Of a stretch of 64,000 nucleotides of DNA, positions 29,087 to 40,359 are shown piece by piece. Numbering within the stretch: position 1 is the stretch's first letter; each line of letters starts with the position of its first letter. Origin of the DNA: Octopus vulgaris (Eukaryota); contig OX597818.1 of NCBI GenBank assembly GCA_951406725.2, positions 145,390,001 to 145,454,000 of the forward strand, read 5' to 3'. The position numbers and the translations under genes were made by a program. Under the pieces are notes generated by a model. The model made no database searches, was not told where the DNA came from, and was given only the letters and a program-made list of their open reading frames with translations.

Positions 29087-29690
29087 AAATATAATAGCAT
29101 ATAATATAATATAGCATAATATAACATAATATAATACAACAATGTATAATATAGTATGTATATATGTATGTATAATCGAGTCTATTAAAATGGAATATAT
29201 GAATGAAGGCAATCACCACAATCAAATAAGATATTGTATTATAATTATTATCACAGAGAAAATCTCGTGAACTACGAATAGTATTCATTACATTTCAATT
29301 ATGGACCGAACTTCATTAGTACGTTCCGTCTAATGCATCATTTTGTTTGCAAGGGTTTCTTCCAGACACGAGGGTATGAATCCAATTACGATATACCATT
29401 TTCTAAGCATTTTGTTTTTGTTTTTGATGGTTTCGCTCGAAAGGAATAGCGCTGTGGATTAATCAATTACTATTCACAACGGAGTTTGACCGTCCATTGT
29501 TGTTACTTCTGGAATTCATTCAACGACAGAAAAAACTCAGAGAGGACAATCCACTGAATATTCCCATTACATCTAGGCAAAGATGCCATTAATGCATCTC
29601 TCTCTCCATCTCTCTCCATCTCCCTCTCTCCCTATATATATATTATATATGTAGGTATACACACACATATCTATATGTATAAAGATGTAT

Positions 29691-29724
<34 letters not shown>

Positions 29725-29747
29725 GCATGCATGCATGCATGCATACA

Positions 29748-29779
<32 letters not shown>

Positions 29780-29814
29780 CATACATACATATACATACAT
29801 ACATACATACATAC

Positions 29815-29864
<50 letters not shown>

Positions 29865-29870
29865 TTATTT

Positions 29871-29974
29871 ATCACCCAACGATATACGTCCGGACCGCCG
29901 AATGCTCCTGCACCAGTTTTTGTGTGTCCCACAAGAGGAGTCGATGCTGGATGCCTCGAAACAATTGTTGTGAT
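29871..29974 (+). ncRNA. Degenerate hammerhead-like motif between (TA)n tracts
   Basis: atcac-CCAACGA-long stem II (cgtccgg/ctggatg, ctcct/aggag)-GAAAC-aatt-GUU|gtgat. Confidence 0.45.
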
Positions 29975-30254
29975 TAATAGTATATTTTCGTATATTCCAT
30001 CCTGTCTCTTATTTGTTATATATATATATATATATATATACACGTGTGTGTAATTCCCATTTCGTGATTGCCTTATTAAGAAAATCAATTGTTCTAACAA
30101 GTTCACGGCATCTCACCTCTCTTTCTTTCAATTGTGTTATATCAAATTTGTATTCTACCAAATTTTCGACAATTTCATCTCCGTATGACATTCATTTACG
30201 CACTATAAACGGTGACATACATTCATATACTTATTCATACATACATACATACAT

Positions 30255-30356
30255 ACATGGTGGCTGCCCCCTCGTTATCGAGTATGGCCATTCCACGAAG
30301 CTTAATCAATGTCGTTATCGTGCAATGCCTGTGCAAGAAGATTTTTTTTAAAGTGA
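30255..30356 (-). repeat. ~100-bp dispersed repeat with internal hairpin, adjoining (TACA)n; probable retroelement 3' end
   Basis: Second copy at 47709-47810. Confidence 0.7.
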
Positions 30357-30544
30357 GACAGAATGTGACAAGGCTGGCCCTTTAAAATACTGGTACAACT
30401 CATTTCTTTCCAGGTGAGTTGGCTGCAACAATGAGAACTCAAGCGTCTTACTGAAGGAGTACAACGCGTCGCTGGGATTCGAACTCATTGCCTTGTGAAT
30501 TAGAGTCGAATAATCCTACTCACAAAGCCACACGCCTTCACTAA

Positions 30545-30760
30545 TAATCCTATTTACTCTACGCACAAGGCCTGAAATTTGGGAGATGGGGATAATCGAT
30601 TAGATCGCCCTCTGCACGCAACTGGCACTTATTTTAGCAACCCCGAACGATGAAAGCAAAGTCCACCTCGGCGGAATTTGAACTCAGAACGTAAAAACAG
30701 ACGAAATGCTGCTAAGCATCTTGCCCGGCGTGCTAACCATTCTGCCAGCTCGCCGCCTTC
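30545..30760 (-). mobile_element. tRNA-derived SINE, third family (Nin-like body)
   Basis: aaggcggcgagctggcagaatggttagcacgccgggc...gagttcaaattccgccgagg; related copies near 16220-16420, 52745-52910, 55261-55610 and 55690-55900. Confidence 0.75.
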
Positions 30761-31299
30761 ATTAATAATATGTAATATAAATGTGAAATACCAAAGAAAT
30801 TTATAAATAAATAATTAAATAAATAAATAAATAAATAAATGAAAAGTAAATACCAGTCACTCTATTGACAAATATCTGAAAGCCAGATTCCCTGTCTTAT
30901 ATATTTTATAACCATGGGATTTCACCAAGAAAGTTCCCCTCCGAAGCACATGTCCGGATAAAGTTGTTTGTGGAAAACCATTAGACGTCTTTGCATAATA
31001 CTTTACCCTCTCCACACCACCGATGCTGTCCAAGGAAAAAGAAAGGTCGATGCAGCTTGGTACCAGTGACGTCGCAACAGCAATTCATTTCTACAATTGA
31101 AGGAATTGAAGCAACAGGAAATAACGTGTCTTACTCAAAAACGTAACACACAGTCTAGTCCAAGAATCGAACTCACAACCTCATGATTGTAAGTCCGACG
31201 TTCTAACCGCTCAGCATTCTGCCTTCACACACACGCGCACACACACACACACGTGGGTGTGTATATACATGTATATAAATGTATATTTATATATGTACC

Positions 31300-31530
31300 C
31301 CCACAAAAAGACTTACATGGGGTGCATATAGGGTCTTCAAAACAAAACGATCTCCTCCTCTCAAAAGCGCCGGATAAGCCGACCTCGTGACAAGAAACGC
31401 AAATGAGGGTAGCAACATCAAACTCCCTCATTCACGAAATGCCGCACATCAGAGGAGGTTTAGTGAAAGTGTAGCAAATCAAACGGTGGTGCCCAGCATG
31501 GCCGCAGCCCTCGAGCTGAAACTATAAAAG
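31300..31530 (+). mobile_element. CR1/L2-like LINE 3' end sharing its tail with the SINE at 2560
   Basis: DLLLSKAPDKPTS*QETQMRVATSNSLIH, then ggtggtgcccagcatggccgcag...ctgaaactataaaag. Confidence 0.6.
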
Positions 31531-31901
31531 AATATACATGTATAATAAATCACGTATGCAGCAATGAAAAAACAAAGAAAACCTCATTATCGTTGATATA
31601 AAAGAATATATTTCATAAATAATACAAACAGGGAACACTCGTATACAATGGTCAGTTGTTAACGGCAGGCACGGCTAGGAGAAATATCCGATTTCCAATC
31701 GGCAATTAACGCGCAAACCTCCGCCCAGCATCTGTCATGTGAGGCAATTACGCGTTTATATACATATATGTAAACATGTAAACACACACACAAAGACACA
31801 CGCAATTATAAAATATGTAAATAAATATAATACATTTGTATACAGAAATATACCCTACACATATGTATTAAATATACATACATATATACATACATGTATA
31901 T

Positions 31902-31988
<87 letters not shown>

Positions 31989-31989
31989 G

Positions 31990-32060
<71 letters not shown>

Positions 32061-32504
32061 ATATATATATATATATTCCTGAGCGTTATACTAATACATC
32101 TGCTTGTTTTGTACACCACCTGTCTTCGTCATTCTTTTTTTTTTTTTTCGTAAAATCTCCCTATATACATATGTTCTCATATAGTTTACCGTTGAAAGCG
32201 ATACACTAGAGGATCAAGGAACACAAAAAATAATAGTAAACTTCATTGTATATTTACGAGGATATATATTAGAGTAATAATCGGAGAGGTGGGCAGAAGG
32301 AATAGAAGTAGCATCAGTGAGGATAGGGAATGTGAAACGCATATTTGCACTAGATGCAGTAGAGAGGAAGTAGGAGGAAAATGGAAGTCTAGGTACCATA
32401 GAGGCAGCGATGGTGTGTTTGCGTGTGTGAAATCACAAGAGTCAGCGGTTAGAACGTCGGACTTACAATCGCAAGGTTGTGATTTCGATGCCATGATAGA
32501 TCGT

Positions 32505-32678
32505 TAGCCACTACACACATTTTTTCTCTCCTTGTTTTTTTACTGTGTCCATTTCTGATGAAGAGCATAGGCTCGAAACGTAAAAAAAACTTTTTCTATT
32601 CCTGAGCGCTATACTAATACATCTATTTGTTTTGTACACTACCTGTCTTCCTCTTTTGTTTTTTCGTAAACTCTCCCT

Positions 32679-32680
<2 letters not shown>
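32505..32680 (+). mobile_element. Penelope-pLTR-like repeat with minimal hammerhead-like core (32552-32585)
   Basis: ttt-CUGAUGA-a-gagc atag gctc-GAAAC-GUA|aaa. Confidence 0.6.
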
Positions 32681-32764
<84 letters not shown>

Positions 32765-32843
32765 CTACTAATCTAGCGAATGATTTTTGAATTTTGAAAA
32801 TAATTGATATTATGTTTTCTTTTCCTTTTATGCAAAGTATCAA

Positions 32844-32989
32844 ATTTAGCCCGGAAACCCTATAATTCCCACCTCGAATACTTCCTTGAACTTAGCCGAC
32901 CACCACCCTGGTGTTGCAGGCAGAGCAGTTTCTCAGCCGCGCTCCACATGAGATTAAAATAGCGGGAATTATAGGTTTTTGAGCTAAAT
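32844..32989. mobile_element. Small inverted-repeat (MITE-like) remnant
   Basis: atttagcccggaaaccctataattccc / gggaattataggtttttgagctaaat. Confidence 0.5.
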
Positions 32990-33879
32990 ATAGGTTGACT
33001 GTATCCTGTTACTTGGTGTTTCGTAAATTTTAACAAATGTTTAGCGTCAGAATATAAATGAATAAAGATGGCTTCGTATTAATTGAACTTAGTAGAGACA
33101 CCCATAGGTTATTGGCGATCACATGCCGAAATTGTTTGTATTGCAACAGACTTTTTTTGCTTTTGGTCTTATCTGTAGAATTTTACAACTAACGGACATC
33201 AGATGGGAAATATGCCGTTATTCTGCGTGGTGAGGTAATAGCTGAGCAGGAAAATAATGAGGTTATAAACAATACTGTTTAACAATTCTGTGATTTACAC
33301 CCGTGTGCAATTGTAGGTTAAGCAATCCGAATACGCACATCGTGAGATTATTCTCTTCTGCTGATTACAGGTACTGTTTGTCATTGCTAGCACTCACCAA
33401 CAAATTCCTTGAATATATTTGCGCACGAAGTACTAGAAATTAAGCAGAAACAACCTGCACAAGTTCCTGTCAGCGGTTGCGGAAAAAACTAATATAAACC
33501 TAACACTGCTAGACTGATTTCCGTGCTCCGCGAACAACAGGAGTAAATACTCATTCCTACAGGAACTGCCTTCAGTTGTAAAATCCTACAGATGAGAAAC
33601 AAGCAAATGTCTTCGTAATAACAATTCTGACGGTAGAAGAGCAAAAACAATCAGTTTTACTGCATAAATATTCCCATCGCAAAGCTATATTTATTTCTCC
33701 TCACTTTGACAATAGACGTCCAATGAGCTAGACAATGTTCTTACGTCTCCACATGTTAAAGTAACGAGGGAGATAAGTCGAACTATACGGCAAATAATTA
33801 TACTTAGAGGCCACGAGAGCTGTCGAATATTTATATATATTCAAAATGTGACCGCGTGTGTACCGTTGGCGATTTTTTT

Positions 33880-34054
33880 TCGTCCGTCTTCCCTTCTTTG
33901 GATCTTTCCTTTTCCCATGTTTCTGACGAAGAGCTCCGCTCGAAACGTTAAACCCTCCTTCTTTCCTTCTTTCCTGAGCGTCCAATTATACTATACTTGT
34001 TCCACGTCCTCGCGTTGTTGTGTTTTCTCTTTGTGTTTTCATGTTTGGATTAAC
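33880..34054 (+). mobile_element. Penelope-pLTR-like repeat with minimal hammerhead-like core (33919-33953), ending at (TA)n
   Basis: gttt-CUGACGA-a-gagc tcc gctc-GAAAC-GUU|aaac. Confidence 0.65.
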
Positions 34055-34074
34055 TATATATATATATATATATA

Positions 34075-35264
34075 AATTAATAATAAAATATTAGGGAATA
34101 AATCCAAACTTACAGGGAAAAATCAGATTTAGGATTGAATCCAATTTTATAGTAAAATATTATATTATATTAAATTAGAGATAAAACCACTATTAGGCAA
34201 ATCAAACAATGAAAAACTTAAGCCAATGCATAAAATTAATTAATTTATATTATTTTAAATATATATCAAAAGTATTAAAAGTTTAATAAAAGATAATGAG
34301 TAAAACACTACGATCGTCTCATGGCTGTCCAATTCTTAATAATTCGAGTTATGGTTACAGTCAATCTTCAGGTAATTGAAATATCTAAAATATAATCAGA
34401 AATATTTAAACAATATTTTAAAGATATAAATACTATAATAATTTTACTTATAATAAACTCTATTATCAAACTAGAAACATAGAACTTAACAATTATGATT
34501 ATATCAAAATCGACTATAATGTTAAATATTAATTTTAATTTATAAGGTAGGAAACCACCCATAATCTAATATCGGTATTAGTCTATATCTAATTACATAA
34601 ATATTTAAAAATGACTAATATATATAAATTATCAATGAAAATATATAAAAGTATATAAATATAATAATTAAGATCTAAAATAATCTCTATAAATAAATGC
34701 CTCAACATACTTTCCCATGCCCTTATAATTATACGCTAAAATTTGTGATCATATCCAAATCTATAAATACTTATCAGAATTTGTAGTATAACTATACATA
34801 CGTATACATAAATTAGTAAATTTTAAAATATTTATGTAATTAGATATATACTAATACCGATATTAGATTATGGGTGGTTTCCTACCTTATAAATTAAAAT
34901 TAATATTTAACATTATAGTCGATTTTGATATAATCATAATTGTTAAGTTCTATGTTTCTAGTTTGATAATAGAGTTTATTATAAGTAAAATTATTATAGT
35001 ATTTATATCTTTAAAATATTGTTTAAATATTTCTGATTATATTTTAGATATTTCAATTACCTGAAGATTGACTGTAACCATAACTCGAATTATTACGAAT
35101 TGGACAGCCATGAGACGATCGTAGTGTTTTACTCATTATCTTTTATTAAACTTTTAATACTTTTGATATATATTTAAAATAATATAAATTAATTAATTTT
35201 ATGTATTGGCTTAAGTTTTTCATTGTTTGATTTGCCTAATAGTGGTTTTATCTCTAATTTAATA

Positions 35265-35268
<4 letters not shown>
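34075..35268. mobile_element. Large fold-back element (~455-bp arms, ~190-bp spacer, ~90-bp tail) in (TA)n
   Basis: ~34164-34619 is the reverse complement of ~34812-35268 (identical 64-aa pseudo-ORFs on opposite strands); same family as 25560-25980. Confidence 0.9.
35055..35129 (+). ncRNA. Hammerhead-like motif with GAAA->GAGA change (mirror copy at ~34302-34377, minus strand)
   Basis: aattac-CUGAAGA-ttgactgt...acagccat-GAGAC-gatc-GUA|gtgttt. Confidence 0.55.
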
Positions 35269-35327
<59 letters not shown>

Positions 35328-35544
35328 GTTTTGCGATTTGGTTTGCAAGATTCGTTATGTGAGTTCGTGTGTTGAAGCATATTCTGTTGTGTCTACGGAG
35401 AGTCATTTTCTTTTTGTGCCTTATAATTTAGCACACTCACCTGTAAAATTTCCACTTAAATAAGGAATAAGTTGGAAATTTTACCGGTGAGTGTGTTAAA
35501 TTATAAGGCACAAAAAGAAGATGACTCTCCCCAGACACAACAGA

Positions 35545-35549
<5 letters not shown>
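35328..35549. mobile_element. Fold-back insert (~80-bp arms, 50-bp tail) between (TA)n and (TG)n
   Basis: 35378-35458 is approximately the reverse complement of 35468-35549. Confidence 0.8.
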
Positions 35550-35586
<37 letters not shown>

Positions 35587-35906
35587 TTAATGCATTGCAC
35601 TCAGGATCACTAGGTCGTGATTTCAAATCGTAGACCAGGTGATGCGTTGTGCTCTTGAGCAAAACATTTCGTGTCATGCTGCTCTACTATCGCTTCGGCA
35701 CGTCAAGCATGGTACATCGTGCACCTATTCCGACAACGTTAATTTGATGGAGGGAGTGTGATGATGTGTGCATGGGTATTTGATCACAATCAATAATTAA
35801 TTTCTGTAGACCGTTCGGTGAGAAGCTGAATTCGTATACGGCATGTATACATATATATTTATATTCATATGTGTAGATGAATATATATATATGTATATAG
35901 TATACA

Positions 35907-35943
<37 letters not shown>

Positions 35944-36007
35944 TCTCGTAAATGCATAAATATTTACATGCATATGGTCATATTTGAATTTACATACATA
36001 CATACAT

Positions 36008-36075
<68 letters not shown>

Positions 36076-36344
36076 ATATATACAGAGAGAGAGAGGGGGA
36101 GGAGAAGAGAGATAATGGTGATCTAGCGATCCAGTGTTGGGGAGCACAAACACTGAACACTACCATATATATGTATTCATACATACGACGGGCTTCCACA
36201 CAGTTTCCGACAATCAAATTCACTCACAATGTACTGGCCAGCCCAAGGCTATAATAGACTGTTTCTTATGCGTGTTGTAAGACAGCGGCACAGAACCCGA
36301 AAATATGTTTGTAAAGCAAGTGCCATAGGCATATCATATATATG

Positions 36345-36395
<51 letters not shown>

Positions 36396-36443
36396 GCATG
36401 CACACATACACATAGACACACTCATATAGATAGAAAGACGGAC

Positions 36444-36551
<108 letters not shown>

Positions 36552-36555
36552 GGAC

Positions 36556-36587
<32 letters not shown>

Positions 36588-37485
36588 GGACGAGAGTTGG
36601 TGAGGGATAGAGTAAGTAAGAAAGCAAATATAAGTCGCTAAATCTACCATGCATAAATACATGAAAACCAAATACAAACAAGACAGTAAAGAGAGTATTA
36701 TATAAATAGTATCTATGTTTGTTTATTTGTATATAAACTACAAGCGTGTACATTTAGAAACATTATTTGAAGAAATATAGAAGACGGCGCTGAATCCTAA
36801 TTTTAACTCGTAATTTCTATTCACTCTTAGCAAATTATGTTACCGAAGCTACAAATATTTTGAATCAGCTCATAATTTAAATAGGCTTATAGAACGTCGT
36901 CCGATGTAACAGAATTTAGTTATTCCTGTGCAAATATGTGATTTGAACTCTTTTATTCTCGTGTTCGTATTTCTTCTCTATAACTCCATTTTGAAGTTTC
37001 TTCAACCGTTGTAAACTATCATTCATTAAATACATAATAATTATGCATCTGGATGTGACCACCTTTCATTTGTAGAGATCATTCGCTCTCTGTTTATTCG
37101 TTGAATTCCATAGAATGACTGAGTTTAGTGATGAATGAGAAGAAAATAAATTGTGAGAACTCGCTCTCTGATTAGGATGATGACATGTTATAGAGAACTG
37201 CCGAAAGTGATGTTCAGTTCACAATATCATGACTCATTGCTTTATCCTTGCACAAATGGGCAACTTCGTTGTCATTCACTGGTGAAATAACAATAATTTA
37301 CACACGAATATACACAAAATTATAATTGCACATAAAGTGATAAGTCTTAAGATGTTATATTTTCCTGAAACTGCCTGGTAAAACGGAGCTCGATCTGTTA
37401 GAAAAGAAAATACAATTGTGTGAATATGAAAACGATAGTATATATACATAACGGGTATATATTAACCCCCGCGCACACACACACG

Positions 37486-37534
<49 letters not shown>

Positions 37535-37537
<3 letters not shown>

Positions 37538-37730
37538 GGTCCCGGGTTGAGTCGGGGTTAACCACAGTAAATAAGGTACTCAATACATAGCAGAGTAAAA
37601 TAATTTATTTTATAAAAGGAGCTTCTACAGGACTAGAACTGTTTCATTCAAAAGAAATCATCAGGATCAGGAGCTTCCTGATGATTTCTTTTGAATGAAA
37701 CAGTTCTAGTCCTGTAGAAGCTCCTTCTAT

Positions 37731-37736
<6 letters not shown>
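37535..37736. mobile_element. Fold-back insert (~61-bp arms, 70-bp tail) in (TA)n
   Basis: 37606-37666 is the reverse complement of 37676-37736 (one mismatch seen). Confidence 0.85.
37669..37725 (+). ncRNA. Type I hammerhead ribozyme
   Basis: aggagcuuc-CUGAUGA-uuuc uuuu gaau-GAAAcag uucuaguc cuGUA|gaagcuccu; 9-bp stem I; predicted cleavage after 37716. Confidence 0.85.
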
Positions 37737-37774
<38 letters not shown>

Positions 37775-37778
<4 letters not shown>

Positions 37779-37963
37779 ATCCTTAGGCTCTACCATTATG
37801 GCATAACAAGCTGAAACAGAACGATAGGATCAGAGGAAATACGAGGAAATACGAGAAAAGTCGACATCTCGTTCGTTCACGTCTTTTGCCGTATTTTCTC
37901 TCATATCATCATGTCGTTCCACTTTAGCTTGTTATGCGATGTGGATGGGATCTGACGATTGCA
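37775..37963. repeat. Diverged ~190-bp hairpin abutting (TA)n
   Basis: gcataacaagctgaa / tttagcttgttatgc, tgcaatc / gattgca, gaggaaatacg / cgtattttctc. Confidence 0.55.
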
Positions 37964-38302
37964 TGGAGGCACTAGACGTGTTATTAAATGCTGTCTGAGT
38001 TTTTTGGATCACATGAAACTGTTAGTAGTCATATAAATGTATACCATGTTTATTAAATAATACTTTCGCACACACAGATATATTTGTAAACTGCTCTTAC
38101 ACATTGCTGCAGAGAATAACAGTTAAAATGAATAAAGATATTAGAGAATAACAAGAAAAAGTGAGAGGAAAAAAAGAAAGACAGAAAGGAAAAGAAACAA
38201 AAGCAAGAAAGACAGTAGGGAGGCAGAGAATATAAGACAATAGTAGATACATTCGAGTACGTCCGATTGAGAACTAGTATCAAAGCTACAGGTAATCATG
38301 AA

Positions 38303-38357
<55 letters not shown>

Positions 38358-38359
38358 AT

Positions 38360-39250
38360 ATAGGAATTAAGATATAAACTCGAATTAGACAATCATACTG
38401 ATACAGTTATAAATTCGACTTAAAATGCGCATACATATATTAATACATATCGATATATATGAATATTTAAATATACATAATAATAGATGTAAATAGAATC
38501 CATGAGGGATACTATGAAAGGAAGTGTGAGATAAAGAGAAAAATATTTTTTTAGTACTAAAATTAAGAGCGGTTAAGAGTTTCAATTAAAAGATCCATAT
38601 AAAGTTCGATGTGTTTTTTTTTAAATATATAACTGGTATATAAAGTATATAATAGAGTCCGCTTTCTACGGCCGTTTCCTGAATTCATTTCCTGGTAGAA
38701 AAATGTTATGAATGTGATTTTATGAGGATACCTTTCTTGATGAAGGGGACATTGTCCGCATGATATTTTTTATTAATTTTTACTACCAGGACATGACCTC
38801 TGGAAATGGCCGTAGAATGTGGACTTTCCCGAACTGTATTATATTCTTTATATACCATTTATATATATTTTAAAAAACACATCGAAATCTATGGATCTTT
38901 TAATTGAAACTCTAAATCACTCTTAATTTCAGTACTAAAAAGAAAAGAAAAATGCTTTTGTCTCTTTCTCACACTTCCTTTCATACGTATTCCATCTGTT
39001 TTTTACATATATGTATATTTATGTATATTTATATATATACATATATATATACATATATATTTTTATGTTTTATAAATATAAAAAAAAAATATTCATATGT
39101 GTTGATGATATGTATTTTAAGTCGAATCTCTAACTGTATGAGTATGATTGCCTAATTTGAGTTTATATATTAATTCTTATCTTTTGTATCGGGTTTGACC
39201 CAAGCACTTCTTTAACAGTTCTATGTTTTTCGTAAGAAAGAACAATAATG
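38360..39250. mobile_element. Older, diverged fold-back element in (TA)n with hammerhead-like motif at 38732-38817
   Basis: Arms ~38360-38704 and ~38776-39182; ttc-UUGAUGA-agggg...cctct-g-GAAA-tggccg-UA|gaa; the opposite arm reads GAAACGGCCGUAGAAAG. Confidence 0.7.
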
Positions 39251-39266
39251 TTATATATATATATAT

Positions 39267-39797
<531 letters not shown>

Positions 39798-40004
39798 AAT
39801 AAAATGAGACGACAAAGCCTAATTTCATTTAACATATACACGATCATACAAGATCCACATTAGACTCCTGACTCATATTATTATTATCGAACCGTCGAAC
39901 CGAGAGTTTAATTACGGTCCTTCAAAAGCACTTACATAGCACTACCTGCCACCTTGTGTCTTCTGGATGCCTATACCTCTCATATATATGCATACATATA
40001 TCAC

Positions 40005-40300
40005 GTGATCACGTGACCAACCAGACCATCAGATGTTGCTACACATCGCTGGTCACAATGCGTTCGCATTGTTTTAGCCTTCGAACGACGCCACCCTGCT
40101 GGCTAAGCGGGCAGGCCAACAGAAGAAAGAGAGAAAGAGTGGTGAAAGAGTACAGCAGGGATCACCACCCCCTGCCAGAGCTTCGTGGAGCTTTTAGGTG
40201 TTTTCGCTCAATAAACACACACAACGCCCGGTCTGAGAATCGAAACCTCGATCCTACGACTGCGGATCCGCTGCCCTAACCACTGGGCCATTGCGCCTCT
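40005..40300 (-). mobile_element. tRNA-derived SINE
   Basis: Minus strand gaggcgcaatggcccagtggttagggcagcggatccgcagtcgtaggatcgaggtttcgattctcagaccgggcg (A and B boxes). Confidence 0.8.
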
Positions 40301-40307
40301 ACATACA

Positions 40308-40359
<52 letters not shown>

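Noticed and set aside
30258-30300. U1 snRNA-like words (ggtgg...ccattgcac consensus)
   Set aside because: No 5' ACUUACCUG or Sm site; the motif is one arm of a hairpin in a dispersed repeat
34368-35064. Two identical 64-aa ORFs on opposite strands
   Set aside because: A by-product of the inverted repeat in very AT-rich DNA; no protein-like features
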